Positions 59,795-64,000 of a DNA stretch of 64,000 bases are shown here, one piece after another. The notes below the pieces were generated by a model, which worked only from the letters and a program-made list of their open reading frames with translations, was not told where the DNA came from and did no database searches. Position 1 is the first letter of the stretch, and each line of letters begins with the position of its first letter. The position numbers and the translations under genes are program-made. The DNA comes from a virus: the IMG/VR virus record IMGVR_UViG_3300042386_001406, positions 12,525-76,524 of that record, one strand, 5' to 3'.

Positions 59795-61561
59795 ATGCCG
59801 TTTATCACTCTAAATAATAACTGGAGCAGTTATGCTCCATACTATAATAACACCAATAATAATGGTAGTTTTTCTGGTACGGCTAATGCTCCAAATGTAA
59901 CTAATACTCAAAAACCAACTATTCCAACTGATGGTAATCAATATAGATTAGCTGATGATGGATTTATACGTGGTGGGGCTTTAAATGTTGCTCTAGCAGT
60001 AAGACAAGATGTATCTCGTCTGGGAAGATTTGTTACAAGAGGAACAGATAACAACGCTAGAGGTGTTTTATTTTTACTTAAACAAGTTGGTTTACAATTA
60101 TCTAATCCTAGACTAGAATGGAGAGGAAACCCAAATACACCTCCTCCATTATTAGGTGGATTTAACCGCCAATATACTGGTATTGGTACTGCTTTATCTG
60201 TAGCAGGAACTGCTTTTGGATTACACTTTGACCAACCAGGACTTTTAGGTAATGTTCAAGATACTCAAAAATATGGCGGTGATGTTGATAGTCCTGTAGG
60301 TGGAGTAGCTTATTTTAATAATTTTGGATCTGACGGTTTAGGTAATGGTACAAATAATTTTTCTATCAATAAAGATGCTAGAAATAAACTTCTTAGATAT
60401 ACTTCTAAAATAACATCTCCAACTGATCCAAATGTAGATAATATTGTTTTAGATCGTTATTTAGGAGGACCTAATTCAGTTTATGGTATTGGTCAAACTA
60501 CTGTTAGATCTTATTTTGACAGAACAACAATACGAACTAATGATCTTCCTACTATTAAACCAGTAATACTACCAGGTCAACTAGTCCCAATAAACATTCC
60601 TATAGGAGGAAGATTAGGTACTCTATTAAATGGTTTTAAACCATTAACAAGTGAAAAACTAGGTGAACAAACTAAAGCTTTAGTTGATCCAATAACAAAT
60701 GCTGTTGATTTAACATCTGTTTTAAATACATCTCCATTATATAGTTTTAATGATGTTGATAATAATATTGAAGCTAAATTAGGTGTTTCTACACCTAGTA
60801 AAGTTGACTCTATTAATGTTATTAAAATTGTTAATAGTAAAGTATTTTATATAGATAATAAAAATAAAAAAACAAGTGAAGTTACTGATGCTATATCTAC
60901 AGAAGTAAAAAATAAAGTAGATGGAGATTTTGGTAAAGATTTAATTAAATTTAGAATTGAATTTTTAAATAATAATGTTTTAGGTACAAAAACAAACAGT
61001 GGTACTATAGTGAATACAGATGTATTAGCTTTTAGAGCATACATAGATAGTTTTGATGATGGAATGACAGCTAAATGGAGTCCATATCGTTATATGGGTC
61101 GTGGTGAAGAATTTTTTGTGTATGATGGATTTACAAGAGATATAGGAGTAGCTTTTACAATATTTGCTCATACTAGAGCTGAATTAGATCCTATATATGA
61201 TAAACTAAATTATCTAATGTCAACATTTACTCCTGATTACAGTTCTCAATTAAAAATGAGAGGTAATATAGGATATTTAACAGTTGGTGATTATATATTT
61301 AGACAACCAGGTGTGTTCACAGATATTAAAATAGATGGTTTATTTGATGGTCCATGGAATGTTGGGTTAAATAACAATGATTCTCGTCAGCCTATAACAC
61401 AACATTATGGTGATAATGAATTACCAATGATGTTAAAGATAAATTTATCATTTAAACCAATACATACTTTCTTACCTAGAAAAACAACAGCTAACAGCTT
61501 TATACCATTTATTGGTGTAGATCGCAGAGCATATCCTTATAAAGAAGTACCATCAAGTTAA
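59795..61561 (+). CDS. Baseplate/tail-tube initiator-like protein
   Basis: C-terminal FRAYI..F.D...W...YMGR.E.F.VY.GF.R pattern; synteny. Confidence 0.6.
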   Translation: MPFITLNNNWSSYAPYYNNTNNNGSFSGTANAPNVTNTQKPTIPTDGNQYRLADDGFIRGGALNVALAVRQDVSRLGRFVTRGTDNNARGVLFLLKQVGLQLSNPRLEWRGNPNTPPPLLGGFNRQYTGIGTALSVAGTAFGLHFDQPGLLGNVQDTQKYGGDVDSPVGGVAYFNNFGSDGLGNGTNNFSINKDARNKLLRYTSKITSPTDPNVDNIVLDRYLGGPNSVYGIGQTTVRSYFDRTTIRTNDLPTIKPVILPGQLVPINIPIGGRLGTLLNGFKPLTSEKLGEQTKALVDPITNAVDLTSVLNTSPLYSFNDVDNNIEAKLGVSTPSKVDSINVIKIVNSKVFYIDNKNKKTSEVTDAISTEVKNKVDGDFGKDLIKFRIEFLNNNVLGTKTNSGTIVNTDVLAFRAYIDSFDDGMTAKWSPYRYMGRGEEFFVYDGFTRDIGVAFTIFAHTRAELDPIYDKLNYLMSTFTPDYSSQLKMRGNIGYLTVGDYIFRQPGVFTDIKIDGLFDGPWNVGLNNNDSRQPITQHYGDNELPMMLKINLSFKPIHTFLPRKTTANSFIPFIGVDRRAYPYKEVPSS

Positions 61562-61591
61562 AAAAGGTAAGTTAAGTTCATATTTATTATT

Positions 61592-61891
61592 ATGGATCGC
61601 TATGAATTTAACAATATAATTAAAACGGAAAATACACCGCGATATCGTTCATCAACACGATATCCAAATATTCCTTTATCAATAGATGACGCTTATATTA
61701 TCACTCAATATGGTGATAGACTAGATAATTTGGCTTACCAATTTTATCAAGACTCATCATATTGGTGGATCATATCATCAGCTAATCCTGATTTACCTAA
61801 AGATAGTTTATATCCGCCTTTAGGATATCAATTAAGAATACCAGTATTCAATGCTGATATAATTAGAAGTTTGGATATATTAAACGCTTAA
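61592..61891 (+). CDS. LysM-like baseplate wedge protein (gp53-like)
   Basis: GDRLDNLAYQFY.D...WWII..AN..G.QLRIP. Confidence 0.75.
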   Translation: MDRYEFNNIIKTENTPRYRSSTRYPNIPLSIDDAYIITQYGDRLDNLAYQFYQDSSYWWIISSANPDLPKDSLYPPLGYQLRIPVFNADIIRSLDILNA

Positions 61892-61898
61892 TTAAGTT

Positions 61899-64000
61899 AT
61901 GTCTATATTTAAAGACACATTAAAACAGTATGTTCAAGATCAATTAACTGCTAGACAGGTTGTTGTAGCACAACAAGATAAACCTGGTCAGCAAGTTAAT
62001 AGTGTTTATCGTGATGATAAATTTTTACGTTATGTTGCTGGAAAGAACGCATGGGTTAAAATGCAATCTTTTGTTGATGTTGATAATTTAAAAATAGGCA
62101 ATAAACCATATAATAATTCTGAATTAGCTAGAAAATATATTTTAGAAGGAGGTACTTTATTTGAAGAAAAAGATAGTCAAGGAATAGGTACAAATAGATT
62201 TACTTTAAGATCTGGTATTGGTAAAGGAAGTAGTACTTATGCTTCTGATATTGACTTAGGAGGAGACAGACCTCTTGGTTATAGACCATTACCTGGTATT
62301 ACTTCTATTCAGATAAATAACAAATCAGCTTATGGTTCATTAAGAGAAGCTACTGTTAAATTCTATGCTTGGGATAAACATCAATTAGAAGAGTTAGAAT
62401 TATTATACATGAGAACAGGTTATTCTGTTCTACTTGAATGGGGATGGTCTCAATATCTGCAATCAGGTAAATTCATTAAAAAAGATGATGGAACTGAGAA
62501 TTATAGTAACACTTTAGATAATATATCTATAAGAAACTTTGACACCCCTACTATTGATATTTTCTATGATAATGACATTTTATCACCTCCAGAAAATTTA
62601 ACATCTGATGAGGTTATATATAGAAAAATAGAATCATTAAACCAATCAACAAATGGTAATTATGATGCTATGTTAGGTTATGTTAAAAACTTTTCATGGC
62701 AATTAATGGAAAATGGAGGTTTTGAATGCACAACAGTATTAATATCTAGAGGTGAGGTTATTTCAACTTTAAAATTAAGTAGTAATGGACCATCTTTTGT
62801 ATCAACATTAGATGCTTCAACTTCTACTCCACCATTATCTTTGTTTGAATCATTAATGTTGAATTATTCAGCTGTGATTAATGCAGCTGAGTTTATAAAT
62901 AGTGATGATCCAAATAGAGTAGGACAATTTGCTACAACAGCTAGTGCTGTGACTAACACATCAGTGACTAATTTTGTAAATGATTTTAAAAATAGACTTG
63001 AGTATCCTTTATACGCTATTTCAGGTCCATCAGTAGCATTATATAATAAAACAATACAAAGTACTTTGTATCCATCAGATGGAAATACTAGACAATTTGG
63101 TAAATTTCTTTTAACAGATGGTAATACAGATAGTGGAGTTGGTATTGAATATATTAAAATGGATTATTTTATAGCTCTTTTAAATTTATATTTTAATTTT
63201 AAAGATGCTAATAATAAAACTATATCACAAATATTAATACCAAATGACACACCTTGTTTAGCTAGTAAAAACTCAGTTTCAATAGATCCAAGTACATGTA
63301 TTATATATAATAGTAAAGCTACTTTTATAACAGGTTTACCTCAAGGTGCTTTACCAAAAACAATGGTTAAATATGATCCTACCACTAATTTATATTATTA
63401 TGATAATGATGCTTCAGTAGGTGATGAGCAATTTTTAAACTCAGATGGATTAGGTAAAATAGGTAATATTTTTATAGCTATACCTAAAATACTTGAAATA
63501 TATCGCTCTGAGTCAGGAGGTACTACTGATGTTTCAGTTATATCTTTTTTAAAAACATTACTAAATAAAATATCTCAGGCTTTAGGTGGAATAAATGACT
63601 TTCAATTATATACAACTAAAAGTTCAGCTCAAATAATTGATGTTAAATATTTAGAAAAAGGAGCAGGTAAAACAAAATATGAGTTTGATTTATTAGGACT
63701 AAAAAGCATATGTCGAGATGTTAAAATAACATCCAGAGTATTTGAATCTCAGTCTACTATGATGGCTATAGCAGCTCAATCAGGTAATGCTAATGTAGGT
63801 GACTTATACTCATCAACTCAAAATTATTTTAATCGTGGATTAAGAGATAGAGTAGCACTTGATAAAGTAATATGGAATGATAAATATCCTACTTATCTTG
63901 ACTATATAAAGAAGATATTTACTAACTTAGTTGTATTACAAAATTACATTAATAGTAAATGTATAGGTGTTGATACAGGAGGAAGTTTAGCTAAAATAAC
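61899..64000 (+). CDS. Large baseplate hub-like protein, 3' truncated (not in the ORF track)
   Basis: ATG 61899 gives MSIFKDTLKQYVQDQLTARQ..RPLPGITSI..GSLREATVKF..LYMRTGYSVLLEWGW; appears open to the window end. Confidence 0.6.
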   Translation, partial: MSIFKDTLKQYVQDQLTARQVVVAQQDKPGQQVNSVYRDDKFLRYVAGKNAWVKMQSFVDVDNLKIGNKPYNNSELARKYILEGGTLFEEKDSQGIGTNRFTLRSGIGKGSSTYASDIDLGGDRPLGYRPLPGITSIQINNKSAYGSLREATVKFYAWDKHQLEELELLYMRTGYSVLLEWGWSQYLQSGKFIKKDDGTENYSNTLDNISIRNFDTPTIDIFYDNDILSPPENLTSDEVIYRKIESLNQSTNGNYDAMLGYVKNFSWQLMENGGFECTTVLISRGEVISTLKLSSNGPSFVSTLDASTSTPPLSLFESLMLNYSAVINAAEFINSDDPNRVGQFATTASAVTNTSVTNFVNDFKNRLEYPLYAISGPSVALYNKTIQSTLYPSDGNTRQFGKFLLTDGNTDSGVGIEYIKMDYFIALLNLYFNFKDANNKTISQILIPNDTPCLASKNSVSIDPSTCIIYNSKATFITGLPQGALPKTMVKYDPTTNLYYYDNDASVGDEQFLNSDGLGKIGNIFIAIPKILEIYRSESGGTTDVSVISFLKTLLNKISQALGGINDFQLYTTKSSAQIIDVKYLEKGAGKTKYEFDLLGLKSICRDVKITSRVFESQSTMMAIAAQSGNANVGDLYSSTQNYFNRGLRDRVALDKVIWNDKYPTYLDYIKKIFTNLVVLQNYINSKCIGVDTGGSLAKI

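Noticed and set aside
2064-61044. Minus-strand ORFs such as 7349-8095, 21610-22158 and 57375-58040
   Set aside because: All overlap well-supported + strand genes and show mirror-image Ser/Phe/Leu composition with no motifs.
1-64000. Stop-codon reassignment
   Set aside because: Core genes are full length in the standard code and coding density is high.

Overview
AT-rich, gene-dense fragment of a large T4-like myovirus (probable jumbo phage). All credible genes are on the + strand in the standard code. Order: (1) ~1-12.3 kb and 16.6-20.5 kb, many modular hypothetical proteins with shared N-terminal leaders and (L/I/V)-x-E linkers (probable head-packaged proteins), plus a DNA glycosylase-like gene, an FAD oxidoreductase and a P-loop kinase; (2) head module: terminase, portal, prohead protease, scaffold, major capsid, then phoH; (3) neck genes; (4) ~20 kb fibre/adhesin array (Ser/Thr-rich fibre, fibrinogen-like and five LamG-like lectins, collagen fibre with S74 chaperone, Cys-rich Pro-Thr protein); (5) a modification cassette (methyltransferase, two 2OG-Fe(II) oxygenases, two GT2 glycosyltransferase genes); (6) sheath, tube, chaperone pair, tape measure and baseplate genes running off the end. 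TTTG-N20-TATATTTA promoters, scarce Shine-Dalgarno sites, a Q after a signal peptide and D-(S/T)-x sequons point to a Bacteroidota host (inference). Best candidate novelties: a virion-wide modification system with a recurrent [S/T]-x-S motif, protease-cleaved polyprotein head cargo, a 23-copy ATATTTAT promoter, structured leader RNAs and a candidate sRNA, a capsid-like insertion in the neck protein, and a probable +1 frameshift in the tail chaperone. All family calls are by-eye motif recognition; no searches were run.
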